A DNA stretch of 59,701 nucleotides from Candidatus Uhrbacteria bacterium RIFCSPHIGHO2_01_FULL_63_20 (GTDB lineage: Bacteria; Patescibacteriota; Patescibacteriia; UBA9934; GWF2-40-263). Location: contig MGDT01000007.1 of assembly GCA_001791045.1 (NCBI GenBank), forward strand, positions 60,872 to 120,572. Direction: 5' to 3'. Below, piece by piece: positions 58,828 to 59,701 of the stretch; position 1 is the stretch's first letter; every line of letters begins with the position of its first letter. The notes beneath the pieces are model-generated. The model did no database searches and had not been told where the DNA came from. It saw only the letters and a program-made list of their open reading frames with translations. A program made the position numbers and the translations under genes.

Positions 58828-59701
58828 CATGGACCCCAAGGATGAGATCAAGCAGAAAACGGACATAGCCGAGCTCATCGCCGGCTATGTCACGCTGAAA
58901 CCCGCCGGGATGGCGAGCTTCAAGGGGCTGTGCCCGTTCCACGCCGAGAAGACCCCGTCGTTCCACGTCTCGACCGACAAGCAGATCTGGCATTGCTTCG
59001 GCTGCTCGGAAGGGGGCGACTGCTTCTCGTTCCTCATGAAGATCGAGGGGATGGATTTTCCGGAGGCGCTTCGGCATCTGGGCGAAAAGGTGGGGGTCGA
59101 GGTGAAGCGGTTCGATTCGGCGGCGACCAACGACCGGCAGAGACTCATCGCGGTGAACGAACTGGCCGCCAGGTTTTTCCGGAAGGTCCTGTCTGATTCA
59201 CCCGCCGCGGAAAAAGCGAGGAGTTATGTCGCGCAACGTGGGATCCCCGAAGACCTTCTGGACAAATTCGGCATCGGCTACGCGCCGGATTCCTGGGACA
59301 CGTTGTCGCTTTTTTTGGCGAAGAAGGGATATCGCGAAGGGGACGGCGAGCACGCCGGTCTCACGCAGCGGCGCAAACAAGGGAGCGGCACGATCGATCG
59401 GTTCCGGAATCGCCTGATGATCCCGCTGCGCGACCAGCACGGCAACACCGTGGGTTTCACCGGCCGCGTCCTTCTTCCCGCGCTTACCAACCCCCAACTC
59501 CCAAATACCACCTCCCAAGACGGCCCCAAGTACATGAACACCCCCGAGACCGCCCTGTATCGCAAAGGGGAGATCCTGTTCGGCCTCGACCTCGCCAAGC
59601 AGGCGATCAAGCGCGCCGGATACGCGATCGTGGTGGAAGGGAACCTGGACGTGGTCGCGTCGCACAAGGCCGGGGTCGAGAACGTGGTGGCGAGCTCGGG
59701 A
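58828..59701 (+). CDS. dnaG: DNA primase DnaG, 3' end cut by the window edge
   Basis: Zinc-binding CPFHAEKTPSFHV....Q.WHCFGC..GGD, RNRLMIPL.D..G..VGF.GR, PKYMNTPET, EGNLDV (Toprim start). Confidence 0.95.
59485..59518 (+). repeat. Family A element (forward) inside dnaG
   Basis: taccaacccccaactcccaaataccacctcccaag, translated TNPQLPNTTSQ. Shares 17 nt exactly with the mnmA copy. Confidence 0.85.

Overview
GC-rich bacterial chromosomal segment, densely packed and mostly plus-strand. It is dominated by housekeeping genes. In order: a 5'-truncated giant Ig-repeat surface protein; tRNA-Glu(CUC); a FecR-like protein; a CPA2/Kef-type antiporter; a CIRCE-controlled hrcA-grpE-dnaK-dnaJ operon; tgt; a small membrane protein plus a membrane-anchored Clp-type AAA+ ATPase; an MraY/WecA-family transferase; DUF192; rplU; recR-ybaB-dnaB (minus strand); a permease; folD-glyA (minus strand); murC-murB; hpf-secA; a four-helix-bundle (23S IVS/Avd-family) gene; a small accessory patch (DUF1653, yjjX, two divergent zinc-ribbon ORFs); secD-secF; a large membrane protein plus a soluble type IV coupling protein (T4CP)-like ATPase; an alpha/beta hydrolase; uppP; an HD hydrolase; FecR plus a CHASE2 adenylate cyclase; mnmA; ligA; gatC-gatA; lgt; a DUF218 protein; tRNA-Ser(GGA); two tandem paralogous unknown ORFs; a CaCA exchanger; and the 5' part of dnaG. 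No rRNA, CRISPR array, transposase or integrase was seen. The gene organisation (lone rplU, gatCA without gatB, membrane-anchored Clp, many 1-4 nt gene overlaps) resembles small-genome Patescibacteria/CPR-like bacteria, but taxonomy cannot be established from this window. The most unusual signals are as follows. (1) A dispersed family of short, stop-free C/A-rich CAACTCC-heptad elements. Copies share 16-28 nt exact blocks and sit in frame in surface loops of Tgt (two copies, inverted), MnmA, LigA and DnaG, and one copy forms the whole grpE-dnaK spacer. (2) A second, purine-rich GGTTGAAARGGTYGGAAGGGT family in secA, across the secF stop codon, and as an inverted pair in the T4CP-like ATPase tail. 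(3) An in-frame TAG inside a conserved motif of secD, with intact coding sequence continuing to a TAA that is coupled to the secF start. (4) An orphan T4CP-like ATPase with a large membrane partner. (5) Several unknown small-gene modules. All functional calls rest on by-eye motif recognition and need HMM/BLAST confirmation.
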